DNA of 64,000 nucleotides from Myxococcota bacterium (lineage in GTDB: Bacteria > Myxococcota_A > UBA9042 > PHBI01 > JAWLBL01), in assembly GCA_041687695.1 (NCBI GenBank), contig JAWLBL010000011.1:101716-165715 (forward strand), in the 5' to 3' direction. Positions 9,438-19,197 of this stretch are shown piece after piece. The position numbers and the translations under genes were made by a program. Below the pieces are notes generated by a model. That model ran no database searches and had not been told where the DNA came from. It was given only the letters and a program-made list of their open reading frames with translations. Numbering within the stretch: the stretch's first letter is position 1; every line of letters begins with the position of its first letter.

Positions 9438-11858
9438 ATGGCCCACGACGACACCACCCAGATCCTGCCGGCCGGCGCGCCGGCGGCGCACGCGAGCACG
9501 ACGCCCGCCCTGCACGGACCCGACGCCTCGCGCGCCTTCGCGGTGACGACGCCGGTGGGCCTCGGGACCAGCGAGGCCCTGGCCCTGGCCGGACGCTACC
9601 GCCTGGCCGGCCTGCTGGGCTCGGGCGGGATGGGGACCGTCTACCGCGTCCGCGACCTCGAGCTCGACGAGGACGTGGCCCTCAAGGTGCTCCACCGCGA
9701 GATCCTGGCCGCCCCCGACGTGCTGGCGCGCTTTCGGCAAGAGGTCAAGCTGGCCCGCCGCGTCACCCACCAGAACGTCGCGCGCGTCTTCGACATCGGC
9801 GAGCACGAGGGCCTCAAGTTCCTGACCATGGAGCTCGTCGAGGGCGAGTCGCTCGCCGCCCGCATCGCCGCGCGCGGCCCGCTGCCGGTGGCCGAGGTGC
9901 TGCGCCTCGCTCGCGGCCTGTGCGACGGCCTCGCCGCCGCCCACGCCGCCGACGTCGTCCACCGGGATCTCAAGCCCGAGAACGTCCTCATCACCCCCGA
10001 CGGCCGCCCGGTCATCACCGACTTCGGGGTCGCCCGCTCGCTCGAGGCCGGCGCCGCCCGCACCCTGGGCCGCCCCATCGGCACCCCGGCCTACATGGCG
10101 CCCGAGCAGGTCGAGGGCGCCAAGGACCTCGACGGCCGCGCCGACCTCTACGCCCTCGGCGCGCTGCTCTACGAGGCCCTGACCGGCCGCCCCGCCTGGC
10201 CGGGCGACTCCATCTTCGCCGTCGCCGCCGCCCGCCTCACCCAGCCGCCGCCCAACGTCCGCGACGCGCGCCCCGAGGTCCCCGAGCCCGTCGCCGCCGT
10301 CGTGCTGCGCTGCATGGCCCGCCACCGCGAGGAGCGCTTCCTCACCGCCGGCGCCGTCGCCGTCGCCCTCGCCGCCGCCTCGGCCGTCCAGGGCGCCCGC
10401 GAGACGCAGCCCTACCTCTCCCCGCTGGGCCTCGACCGCCCCGCGCCGGCCCCGCCCCCCGCCGAGAAGTCGGTCGCCGTCCTGCCGTTCCGCAACGCCG
10501 GCGCCCCCGACGACGCCTACATCGCCGACGGCCTGACCGAGGACCTCATCGACAGCCTCTCGATGGTGAGCGGCCTCAAGGTCCGCTCCCGCGGCGCCGT
10601 CACCGCCTTCGCGGCCGCCCTCGACGCGCGCGAGGCCGGCCGCCGCCTCGACGTCCAGGTGGTCGTCGAGGGCTCGGTCCGCCGCCTCGGCGACAAGCTC
10701 CGCGTCAACGCGCGCCTCGTCAGCGTCGCCGACGGCTTCCAGCTGTGGGCCAAGCGCTTCGACAGCCGCGTCCACGACATGCTCGACGTCAACGACGAGG
10801 CGGCCGAGGCCATCGCCGCCGCCCTGACGGCCGACCGCCAGGGGCCCGCCCGCAAGGCCCCCACCGACCCGGAGGCCTTCGACATCTACCTGCGCGCCCG
10901 CGCCCTGATGCGCAACCACTGGCTGACCAACTACGCCGAGGCCATCGCCCTGCTCGAGCAGGCCCTCGCGCGCGCCCCCGAGGACGCCGCCATCCTGTCG
11001 GCCTACGCCCTGGCCCGCGCGCGGGGCGCCTTCCTGGGCGGCGCCGAGGGCGCCCACGGCCTGCAGCTCGCCCGTCAGGCCGCCGAGCGCGCCGTCGAGC
11101 GCGGCCCCGAGCTGGGCGACCCCTGGGTGGCCCTGGCCAACGTGCGCTTCAACGTCGGCGACCCGGCCGGCGCCGTCCGCGCCCTCGTGCGCGCCGTGCA
11201 CAACGCGCCCAGCCTCGCCGACGCCCAGGATCTGCTCGGGCGCATCTTCGTCGAGGTCGATCTGCTCGACGAGGGCATCGCGCGCCTCGAGCGCACCGAG
11301 TGGCTCGAGCCGGGGCGCCGCCTGACCCGCAGCGACCTCATCCGCGCCCACGCCCTGCGCGGCGACTGGGACCGGGTCGCCGCGCTCATCCCGGAGCTCG
11401 GGCCCGAGGCCGGCGAGTGGCGGCTCGTCCAGCGCCGCCTGTCCATCTGGCGCGGCCAGCGCGACCTCGAGCCCCTCGAGCTGCCGGCCCACGTCGACCC
11501 GCTCGTCCACCAGTTCGGCCACGTGCTCAACGAGGCCATCACCAGCGGCGCGCTCTCGGCGGCCTCGCGCGAGCGGTTCACGGCCCTCATCGAGGCGGCC
11601 GACCCGCACTCGCGCGCGCGGCGCCTGTTCCAGCAGATCCGCACCGAGCTGCTGGTCTACGTCGGCGACACCGAGGCCGGCGCCCTGGCCTTCGAGGCCG
11701 CCGTCCGCGAGGGCCTGCTGGACCTGGCCTGGACCGACCGCTGCCCGCTGCTCGCCCCGCTGCGCGCGATGCCGCGCTTTGCCCCGCTGCGTGATCTGGT
11801 CGCCCAGCGCGCCGCGGCCGTGGTCGACGCCTGGCAGACTTCGCTGGCCCTCGCCTAG
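9438..11858 (+). CDS. Ser/Thr protein kinase with TolB-N-like domain and TPRs
   Basis: LGSGGMG, VALK, HRDLKPEN, DFG, GTPAYMAPE; then SVAVLPFRN...YIADGLTEDLI, then TPR helices. Confidence 0.92.
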   Translation: MAHDDTTQILPAGAPAAHASTTPALHGPDASRAFAVTTPVGLGTSEALALAGRYRLAGLLGSGGMGTVYRVRDLELDEDVALKVLHREILAAPDVLARFRQEVKLARRVTHQNVARVFDIGEHEGLKFLTMELVEGESLAARIAARGPLPVAEVLRLARGLCDGLAAAHAADVVHRDLKPENVLITPDGRPVITDFGVARSLEAGAARTLGRPIGTPAYMAPEQVEGAKDLDGRADLYALGALLYEALTGRPAWPGDSIFAVAAARLTQPPPNVRDARPEVPEPVAAVVLRCMARHREERFLTAGAVAVALAAASAVQGARETQPYLSPLGLDRPAPAPPPAEKSVAVLPFRNAGAPDDAYIADGLTEDLIDSLSMVSGLKVRSRGAVTAFAAALDAREAGRRLDVQVVVEGSVRRLGDKLRVNARLVSVADGFQLWAKRFDSRVHDMLDVNDEAAEAIAAALTADRQGPARKAPTDPEAFDIYLRARALMRNHWLTNYAEAIALLEQALARAPEDAAILSAYALARARGAFLGGAEGAHGLQLARQAAERAVERGPELGDPWVALANVRFNVGDPAGAVRALVRAVHNAPSLADAQDLLGRIFVEVDLLDEGIARLERTEWLEPGRRLTRSDLIRAHALRGDWDRVAALIPELGPEAGEWRLVQRRLSIWRGQRDLEPLELPAHVDPLVHQFGHVLNEAITSGALSAASRERFTALIEAADPHSRARRLFQQIRTELLVYVGDTEAGALAFEAAVREGLLDLAWTDRCPLLAPLRAMPRFAPLRDLVAQRAAAVVDAWQTSLALA

Positions 11859-11980
11859 ACGCTTTTCTTGTCATTCCAGGGGCTTGCCCGTAGGGTCGCC
11901 GCTCCCGGCGGCCCCGTAGCGCCCGCGTCCGACGCGCGCCCTCGGGGCCCCACACGCGCCCCTCCCCGCAGGAGTAGCCC

Positions 11981-13663
11981 ATGACCGGCAAGACGGTCCG
12001 CACCGCGCCCGACCCGAACCAGAAGGGGTGGCCCAGCGGCATCCCCTACATCATCGGTAACGAGGGCTGCGAGCGCTTCAGCTATTACGGCATGAAGTCG
12101 ATCCTGCAGGTCTACCTGACCGCGCTCATCCTGCAGGCGGCGGTGGGCGGCCTCGACGAGACGGTCGCCGGCAAGGAGGCCTCGAGCATCATCCACACCT
12201 TCGGCGCGGCCGTGTACGCCGTGCCGATGATCGGCGCCATCCTGGCCGACCGCCTGCTCGGCAAGTACCGCACCATCCTGTGGCTCTCCATCATCTACTG
12301 CCTGGGCCACCTCGCCCTGGCGGTCTTCGAGGACACGCTCGAGGGCATCTACCTCGGCCTCGGCCTCATCGCCATCGGCTCGGGCGGCATCAAGCCCTGC
12401 GTGTCGGCCCACGTCGGCGACCAGTTCGGCCGCTCCAACTGGCACCTCGTCAAGAAGGTCTACGAGGCCTTCTACTTCATCATCAACTTCGGCTCCTTCT
12501 TCGCGAGCCTGCTCATCCCGTTCATCAAGGAGCACTGGGGCGTGTCCTGGGCCTTCGGCATCCCCGGCATCCTCATGGGCCTGGCGACCCTGTTCTTCTG
12601 GCTGGGCCGGCACTCCTTCGTGCACGTCCCCGCGCAGCCCGGCGGCAAGCTGGGCCTGCTCGACTTCGCCAGCGGCACCTCGCTCTTCCTCGGCGTCGCG
12701 GGCGCCTACGTCCTGGCCGGCGACCAGCCCTGGTACGTCGTCGCCGGCACCCTCCTCGGCCTCGGCGCCCTGGGCATCGGCCTGTTCGCCTGGCGCCAGC
12801 GCATCGAGCAGGACGACGGCTTCCTCGCCATCATGTTCTACGCGACCCGCCAGCTCCTCAGCCGCAAGGCCGACGAGGCCAAGCGCGCCGCCATCGTCGC
12901 CGGCGGCGGCACCCCGCCCCCGTCCGCCCCCGGCGCCGGCATCGCCGACCACTGGTTCTTCGGCCCCGCCGCCCGCCGCTTCGGCGCCGAGGCCGCCGAG
13001 GGCCCGCTCGCCGTCCTCAAGATCGTCAGCGTCTTCTTCCTGGTCATGTTCTTCTGGGCCCTGTTCGACCAGCACGGCTCGACCTGGATCACCCAGGCCC
13101 AGATGATGGACCTGACCGTCAGCCTGCCGATCGTCGGCACCTTCGAGCTGCTGCCCTCCCAGCTCCAGGCCCTCAACCCGCTGCTGGTCATGATCCTCAT
13201 CCCCTTCACCTCGGTCGTCCTGTACCCGGCGCTCAGCAAGCTGGGGCTCGACATGACGCCGCTGCGCCGCATGACCCTGGGCATGTTCGTCGCCGCGCTC
13301 TCCTTCGTCGCCGTCGCCCTCATCCAGGCCCGCATCGACGCCGGCCTCGCCTCCGGCGACAAGGTCGGCGTCCTGTGGCAGTTCGTGCCCTACCTGGTCA
13401 TCACCATCGCCGAGGTGATGGTCTCGGTCACCGGCCTCGAGTTCGCCTACACCCAGGCCCCGCGGCGCATGAAGTCCACCATCATGGGCTTCTGGCTCCT
13501 CTTCGTCGCCATGGGCAACCTCCTCGTCGCCGAGCTGGTCAAGGTCGAGGGGCTGCCGCTCGTCGACTTCTTCTGGCTCTTCGCGGGCCTGATGGCCGGC
13601 GCCGCCGTCCTCTTCGGCGTCCGCGCCGCCTTCTACAAGTACAAGGACTACTCGCAGGGCTGA
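11981..13663 (+). CDS. POT/PTR-family proton-dependent oligopeptide transporter
   Basis: ExxERFSYYG (NEGCERFSYYGM), GSGGIKPCVSAHVGDQF, FYFIINFGS, LEFAYTQAP. Confidence 0.93.
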   Translation: MTGKTVRTAPDPNQKGWPSGIPYIIGNEGCERFSYYGMKSILQVYLTALILQAAVGGLDETVAGKEASSIIHTFGAAVYAVPMIGAILADRLLGKYRTILWLSIIYCLGHLALAVFEDTLEGIYLGLGLIAIGSGGIKPCVSAHVGDQFGRSNWHLVKKVYEAFYFIINFGSFFASLLIPFIKEHWGVSWAFGIPGILMGLATLFFWLGRHSFVHVPAQPGGKLGLLDFASGTSLFLGVAGAYVLAGDQPWYVVAGTLLGLGALGIGLFAWRQRIEQDDGFLAIMFYATRQLLSRKADEAKRAAIVAGGGTPPPSAPGAGIADHWFFGPAARRFGAEAAEGPLAVLKIVSVFFLVMFFWALFDQHGSTWITQAQMMDLTVSLPIVGTFELLPSQLQALNPLLVMILIPFTSVVLYPALSKLGLDMTPLRRMTLGMFVAALSFVAVALIQARIDAGLASGDKVGVLWQFVPYLVITIAEVMVSVTGLEFAYTQAPRRMKSTIMGFWLLFVAMGNLLVAELVKVEGLPLVDFFWLFAGLMAGAAVLFGVRAAFYKYKDYSQG

Positions 13664-13746
13664 GGCGGCCGCGGCAATAACCTTGCCGCGGCGCACGCTT
13701 GCCCCGAAGCTGCCTCCTCGCGCACCCCAGCCCGAGGAGGCCCGCC

Positions 13747-15645
13747 ATGGTCCCTGGCGCCGCCCGTTCGCCCGCCGCCGCCCGCGAGCTGACGCTCCGC
13801 GTCTTCCTGCTCGGCCTCCTCCTGTCGGCCGTCATGGGCGCGGCCAACGTCTACCTGGGCCTCAAGGCCGGCATGACCGTCTCGGCCTCCATCCCGGCCG
13901 CCGTCGTCGCCATGCTGATCCTGCGCGGCCTGCTGCGCACCGGCACCCTCCTCGAGGCCAACCAGGTCCAGACCGCGGCCTCGGCCGGCGAGTCGCTCGC
14001 CGCCGGCATCATCTTCACCCTGCCGGCCCTGGTCCTGCTTGGCCTGTGGACCGAGTTCCCCTGGTGGACCACCACCCTCATCGCCCTGTCCGGCGGCGTG
14101 CTCGGCATCCTCTTCATGATCCCGATGCGCCGCGTCTTCGTGCTGCCGTCCAACGACCCGGACAACGAGCTGGCCTTCCCCGAGGGCGTCGCCTGCGCCC
14201 GCGTCCTCGAGGCCGGCGACCGCGGCGAGGGCGGCGCCGGCGACGCCTGGACCATCGTCTGGGGCGCCCTGCTCGGCGCCGCCGTCAAGGGCCTCACCAG
14301 CGTGGTCACCCTGGTCCGCGCCACCGTCGAGGGCGCCGTCACGGCCGGCGGGTCGGTCCTGTACTACGGTGCCGACATCTCGCCCGCCCTGGTCGCCGTC
14401 GGCTTCATCGTCCGCCTCAACGTCGCCGCCCTCATCTTCATCGGCGGCGCGCTCGCCTGGCTGGTCGCCCTGCCCATCCTCTCCGCCGCCGACGCCAGCG
14501 CCGAGCCCGCCCTCGACCAGGCCTGGAGCCTGTGGTCCGGCCAGATCCGCTACATCGGCGTCGGCGCCATGGTCGTCGCCGGCCTCGCCTCCATCGTCAA
14601 GGTGCGCCGCTCGCTGCTCGCCGCCCTCCGCGAGCTGCGCCGCCGCCCCGACGCCCACGCCACCACCGACGACCGCGACCGCGACCTGCCGGGCGCCGCC
14701 ATCGCCGGCCTCGCCGCCCTGGCCATCCTCATCGTCGGCGGCCTGTACTTCCACCTCACCGGCGACCTGCCCATCACCCTGGCGACCACCGTCATCATGG
14801 TGATCCTGGCCTTCTTCCTGACCGCCGTCGCCAGCTACATCGTCGGCCTCGTCGGCAACTCCAACAGCCCCGTCAGCGGCATGACCATCACCGCGGTCCT
14901 GGTGACCGGCGGGCTGCTGCTGCTGTTCGGCTTCACCGGCGAGGACGGCATCCTGGCCACCCTGGGGGTCGCCGCCGTCGTCTGCTGCGTCGCCTGCACG
15001 TCGGGCGACGTCTGCAACGACCTCAAGACCGGCTCGCTGGTCGGCGCGACCCCCTGGCGGCAGCAGGTCATGCAGATCGCCGGCGTCGCCATCGCCGCCG
15101 GCGTCATGGCGCCCGTCCTGAACCTGCTCCACGAGACCTGGCCCCTCGGCTCGCGCGAGCTGTCCGCCCCGCAGGCCCAGCTCTTCGCCAGCCTGGCCAG
15201 CGCCTTCTTCGGCGAGGGCACGCTCCCCCGCGACATGGTCTACGCCGGCGCGGCCCTGGGCGCCGCCATCCTGGTCCTCGACGGCTTCCTCGCCCGCCGC
15301 GGCGCCACCTTCCGCGCCCACCTGATGCCCATCGCCGTCGGCATGTACCTGCCCTTCGGCCTCGCCACCCCCATCCTGCTGGGCGGCCTGATGGCCCACG
15401 CGCTGGCCCGCGGCACCAAGACCCACGACGAGGCCGAGTCCCGCCTGTCCCGCGGCGTCCTGTTCGGCTCGGGCCTCATCGCGGGCGAGTCGCTGATGGG
15501 CGTCGGCGTCGCGCTGCTGTTCCAGTTCGGTCTCGCCGAGCTGGACACCGGCCTGTCGGACCTGGTCCGCGACCTCGTGTCCATCGGCGCCGGCCTGGCC
15601 ATCCTGGTCCTGTACCGCGTCGCCGCCCGCCGCCGCGCCGCCTGA
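13747..15645 (+). CDS. OPT-family oligopeptide transporter
   Basis: GAGGAGG RBS before ATG 13747. ELTLR, ANVYLGLKAGMTVSASIPAA, FPEGVA, SNSPVSGM, DLKTG, SGLIAGESL. Confidence 0.93.
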   Translation: MVPGAARSPAAARELTLRVFLLGLLLSAVMGAANVYLGLKAGMTVSASIPAAVVAMLILRGLLRTGTLLEANQVQTAASAGESLAAGIIFTLPALVLLGLWTEFPWWTTTLIALSGGVLGILFMIPMRRVFVLPSNDPDNELAFPEGVACARVLEAGDRGEGGAGDAWTIVWGALLGAAVKGLTSVVTLVRATVEGAVTAGGSVLYYGADISPALVAVGFIVRLNVAALIFIGGALAWLVALPILSAADASAEPALDQAWSLWSGQIRYIGVGAMVVAGLASIVKVRRSLLAALRELRRRPDAHATTDDRDRDLPGAAIAGLAALAILIVGGLYFHLTGDLPITLATTVIMVILAFFLTAVASYIVGLVGNSNSPVSGMTITAVLVTGGLLLLFGFTGEDGILATLGVAAVVCCVACTSGDVCNDLKTGSLVGATPWRQQVMQIAGVAIAAGVMAPVLNLLHETWPLGSRELSAPQAQLFASLASAFFGEGTLPRDMVYAGAALGAAILVLDGFLARRGATFRAHLMPIAVGMYLPFGLATPILLGGLMAHALARGTKTHDEAESRLSRGVLFGSGLIAGESLMGVGVALLFQFGLAELDTGLSDLVRDLVSIGAGLAILVLYRVAARRRAA

Positions 15646-15705
15646 ACCCCGGTCTCGAGGCCGGCGACGCCGTCAACCCCGCTCCCAAGGCCCTCAGCGA
15701 GGGGT

Positions 15706-15840
15706 GGTGACCCGAGAACCCGAGCGGGTGGGGCCGCCGGAGCGCTTGGTGAGGTCGCCGGAGGCCCTGGTGAGGGCGTCAGGGGGCCATGGTGGGGCCC
15801 TTAGCAGGGGGTGGTGAGGCGGAAACCGGGCCTGGTGGCC
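15706..15840. repeat. Intergenic degenerate 21-22-bp-period array with GGTG core
   Basis: GGTG at 15706, 15727, 15748, 15769, 15791, 15813 and 15834. Confidence 0.65.
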
Positions 15841-15878
15841 AAATTTTCCCCACTCGCGAAGGCTCGAAGGGGGGCGCG

Positions 15879-16625
15879 TCAGGCCCCCGGCAGGTCCAGG
15901 GCCGCTCGGATGGCCGCCATCTCGTCGGTCCAGGCTCCGTCGGCGCGACGCACGGCCAGCTCCACCACCTCGACCTGGGCCGAGGCCGCGCGCCCCGCCT
16001 GATAGGCGACATAGCGCGGCGCCGCCCCCTGCTTGGGCGCGAACCGGATGACCCGGCGCAGCCTCAGCCCCGCCTCGGCGATCGCCCGCCGGCAGCGCTC
16101 GTCCTGCGCCCCGTCCATCAGCAGCGACGCCACGCCGTCGGGTCCCAGCCACCGCGCGGCGGCCTGGGCGTAGCCTTCGACGCCGCCCCGGATCTCGAAG
16201 CGCCCCGCGGCCCGCTGCGCGTCGGCCGGCAGCGGCCCCGAGCCCAACGGCATGAACGGCGGGCTGCCCGTCACCAGGTCGAAGCCGGCCTCACCCGCCA
16301 GCAGCTGGGGATCCCGCAGGTCTCCCAGCACCCCGCGCGCCCGGTCGCCCACCTCGTTCTCGGCCAGGTTGCGCTGGAGCAGCGCGAACGAGACCTCCTG
16401 GGCCTCGACGCCCACCAGGCGCGCCTGGGGCAGGGCCCCGGCCAGCATCAGCGTGACCGAGCCCTGGCCGCAGCCCAGGTCCAGCACCCGCCGCGCGCCC
16501 GGGCAGGCCTGCAGCCCCGCCCACGCGCACAGCACGTCGTCGGTGGCCGAGCGGTGCCCGCGCCGGCGCTGCCACAGGTGGTAGCGTCGGGTCAGCTGGA
16601 CCCGCTCGAGCTCGCCGTCCTGCAA
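15879..16625 (-). CDS. SAM-dependent methyltransferase, TrmN6/YfiC-like
   Basis: LDLGCGQG motif I and TGSPPF (NPPY-like motif IV). TTG start 5 bp after the upstream stop. Confidence 0.8.
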   Translation of the reverse strand: MQDGELERVQLTRRYHLWQRRRGHRSATDDVLCAWAGLQACPGARRVLDLGCGQGSVTLMLAGALPQARLVGVEAQEVSFALLQRNLAENEVGDRARGVLGDLRDPQLLAGEAGFDLVTGSPPFMPLGSGPLPADAQRAAGRFEIRGGVEGYAQAAARWLGPDGVASLLMDGAQDERCRRAIAEAGLRLRRVIRFAPKQGAAPRYVAYQAGRAASAQVEVVELAVRRADGAWTDEMAAIRAALDLPGA

Positions 16626-16630
16626 GACCG

Positions 16631-19039
16631 TCAGCCCCCCAGCAGCGACCGGATGGTCGCCCGGGTCTGCTCGATCTCGCCGTCCTTGTAGCCGATGACC
16701 CGCTGCTTCACGACGCCGTCCTTGCCGATGATGAAGCTGGTCGGCATCGCGTTGATGTCGAAGTCGCTCATCGTGCGGGCCATCGGGTCCAGGGCCACCG
16801 TGAAGTTCGGCGCCAGCTCGGTGATGTAGCTCCGCCCCCGGGCCGCGTCGCGGTCGACGTTGATGGCGACCACCTGGAAGCCCTTGGCGGCCCACTCGTC
16901 CTGCCACGCCTTGATGGCCGGCATCTGCTTTCGGCAGTTGCCGCACCACGAGGCGAAGAAGGTCAGGTAGGTCACCTTGCCCTGGAAGCTGCCCGGCTCG
17001 AGCTTGCCGCCCTCCAGGGTGTCGAGCACCAGATCCTGCGGGACGCCCTTGCCGACGATCTCCTCGATGCTGGTGTCCTGGACCTCGTCAGCCTTGGCGA
17101 CGCTCTGCACCTGGGTGTCGGCGCAGCAGCGGAAGCCGGTCGTGTCGTTCTTGATGCCCGCGCCGTAGGTCGTCGTGCGGCGCCGGCAGGTCGCGCTGGT
17201 CTCGCTGCGCCAGTCGCCGCCCATCATGGTGGCGTCCTTGTCGGTCGCGCCGACCCACTCGTACAGGTTGCCCGCCAGATCGTAGGCGCCCTCGGGCGTG
17301 CGGCAGCCCGGGTTGGCGCCGGTCGGCCCGGCCGCGCCCTTGTACTTGTCCTCGGACTCGCGGCAGGCGCCCTTCTCGTAGAAGGCGCCGTACGGGTACA
17401 TGCGCCCGGTCACCGTGCCGTCCGAGAAGATGCCGTTGTTGTTGTCGTCGGCCGCCGGCTCGCCGATGCAGGCCGAGACCCACTCCTCCTCGGTGCACAG
17501 GCGCTTGCCGGCTTTTTCGCAGGCGGCCTTGGCGTCGAACCAGCTGGCCAGGGCCGGCTTGACGTTGGGCAGGCTGACCGCGCGGCCCTGGGCGTCGATG
17601 GAGGCCTCGAAGGCGTCGATCCAGAACGGCCCGGAGGCCTTCTTCATCTGGACCATGGTCGGCGTCTCGGCCGTGGCGGCCCTGGCCTCGGCGGCCGGCG
17701 GGGCGACCGGGTACTTCTCGGCCATCTGGATGTAGTAGTCGAGCACGTCGGTCGCCACCGAGCCCGTGACCAGCCGGTTGTTCACGTACACCCGCGGCGT
17801 GCCGTTGATGCGCATCTGGCCCGCGAGGCGCACGTCGGCGTCGATCTTCTGCTTGGGCCGGTCGCTCTTGACGCACTCGTCGAACTTGGCCAGATCCAGG
17901 CCGATCTTCTCGGCGTAGCCGCGCACGTCCGCGTCCGAGAACCGGGGCTGGTTCTGGTACAGGGCGTCGTGCATCTCCTTGAACTTGCCCTGCTCCCAGG
18001 CGCAGTGCGCGGCGTAGGCCGAGCGGCAGGCGCCCTCGTGCATGCGCGCGCCCTGCATGCGGAAGTTGCAGTCGCCGTTCATCGGGTAGTGCTTGAAGAC
18101 GAAGCGGACCTTGTCCTTGTACTTCGCCTCGAGCGGCTTGGTCTGGTAGCTGAGGAAGCGGCAGAAGCCGCACTCGAAGTCCTTGACGGTGACCACCGTG
18201 ACCTTGGCGTCGGCCGGGCCGGTGACGTAGTCCGTCTGCGGATCGACCGGGACCTCGAAGTAGTCCCAGCCGTTCTCGGTCAGCTTGGGGGTCGGCTTGG
18301 CGGCCGGGGCCGTCGGCTGCGCGGCCTGGGCCTGCGCGGCGCCGGCCATCGCGGTCGGCGTCTCGGCCTGCGCGCCCTCGGCCATCGCGGTCGGCGTCTC
18401 GGCCGGCGCGACCTGCTCGAACTGGGCGGCGATGCGCGCCTGGCGCTGCTCGAGCATGTTCGTGCGGCCCTGCTCGTAGACCAGGTAGCTGCCGGCGCCG
18501 GTCACGACCAGCACGGCCGCGGCCGAGGCCACCGGCGCGCGGAAGGCCTTGAGCGCCCCGAGCGCGTCCTGGACGATGCCGCCTACGCCGCCGCCGTGCG
18601 CCGCGAAGGCGAGCCCGGTGGTCGCCGCGTTGACGACGTACATCGAGATGCAGAACAGGCAGAAGGCGCCGATCTGCGTCCCGGACACGACCGCCAGGTA
18701 GACGGTGTGGACGACGGTCAGCGCGCCCAGGCCTGCGAGGCACGCGACGGCGGTGCGAGACGTCAGGCCACGCAGCGCCAGGAAGGCCATGACCAGGTAG
18801 GTCGGGATGGCGTACAGCGCCAGCGGTAGCCCGAAGACCTCGGAGGCCGGGTGCGTCTGCACGGCGTCGCAGTTGAGCCGGCCGCCGAAGTTGCAGGCGC
18901 TGACGAAGGTCTCGTCGTAGCCGAGGCGGAGCTTGATGAAGACGAGATAGGCGGCGACACCGACGCCGGCCAGGAGCAGGGCGATCGCGGCCTTGAGCGG
19001 CCAAGAACGCGCGGGTGCGCTGTCGACCTGGCTGTTCAC
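16631..19039 (-). CDS. VKOR - DsbA-like thioredoxin - FGE/SUMF1-like - TlpA-like fusion protein (~802 aa)
   Basis: GTG 19039 after GGAGG. VKOR Cys pairs (CNFGGRLNC, CLFC); DFECGFC...FKHYP...GTP; RLCTEEEW...DLAGNLYEWV...GFRCC; FFASWCGNC...MPTSFII. Confidence 0.85.
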   Translation of the reverse strand: MNSQVDSAPARSWPLKAAIALLLAGVGVAAYLVFIKLRLGYDETFVSACNFGGRLNCDAVQTHPASEVFGLPLALYAIPTYLVMAFLALRGLTSRTAVACLAGLGALTVVHTVYLAVVSGTQIGAFCLFCISMYVVNAATTGLAFAAHGGGVGGIVQDALGALKAFRAPVASAAAVLVVTGAGSYLVYEQGRTNMLEQRQARIAAQFEQVAPAETPTAMAEGAQAETPTAMAGAAQAQAAQPTAPAAKPTPKLTENGWDYFEVPVDPQTDYVTGPADAKVTVVTVKDFECGFCRFLSYQTKPLEAKYKDKVRFVFKHYPMNGDCNFRMQGARMHEGACRSAYAAHCAWEQGKFKEMHDALYQNQPRFSDADVRGYAEKIGLDLAKFDECVKSDRPKQKIDADVRLAGQMRINGTPRVYVNNRLVTGSVATDVLDYYIQMAEKYPVAPPAAEARAATAETPTMVQMKKASGPFWIDAFEASIDAQGRAVSLPNVKPALASWFDAKAACEKAGKRLCTEEEWVSACIGEPAADDNNNGIFSDGTVTGRMYPYGAFYEKGACRESEDKYKGAAGPTGANPGCRTPEGAYDLAGNLYEWVGATDKDATMMGGDWRSETSATCRRRTTTYGAGIKNDTTGFRCCADTQVQSVAKADEVQDTSIEEIVGKGVPQDLVLDTLEGGKLEPGSFQGKVTYLTFFASWCGNCRKQMPAIKAWQDEWAAKGFQVVAINVDRDAARGRSYITELAPNFTVALDPMARTMSDFDINAMPTSFIIGKDGVVKQRVIGYKDGEIEQTRATIRSLLGG

Positions 19040-19197
19040 CTGATGACCTCCGTGACGAGTGAGCCCGAACGCGCCGGAAGGCGCGGAATCCGGCGGGTTT
19101 TCTACCGACTGGACCTTCCCCCTGTCCAGCTGCGGTACCGCCCAAACGCGCGAGCGCGCACGCGGGTTCAACCCGTGGGTGCGCTTTTTCGCGCGGA

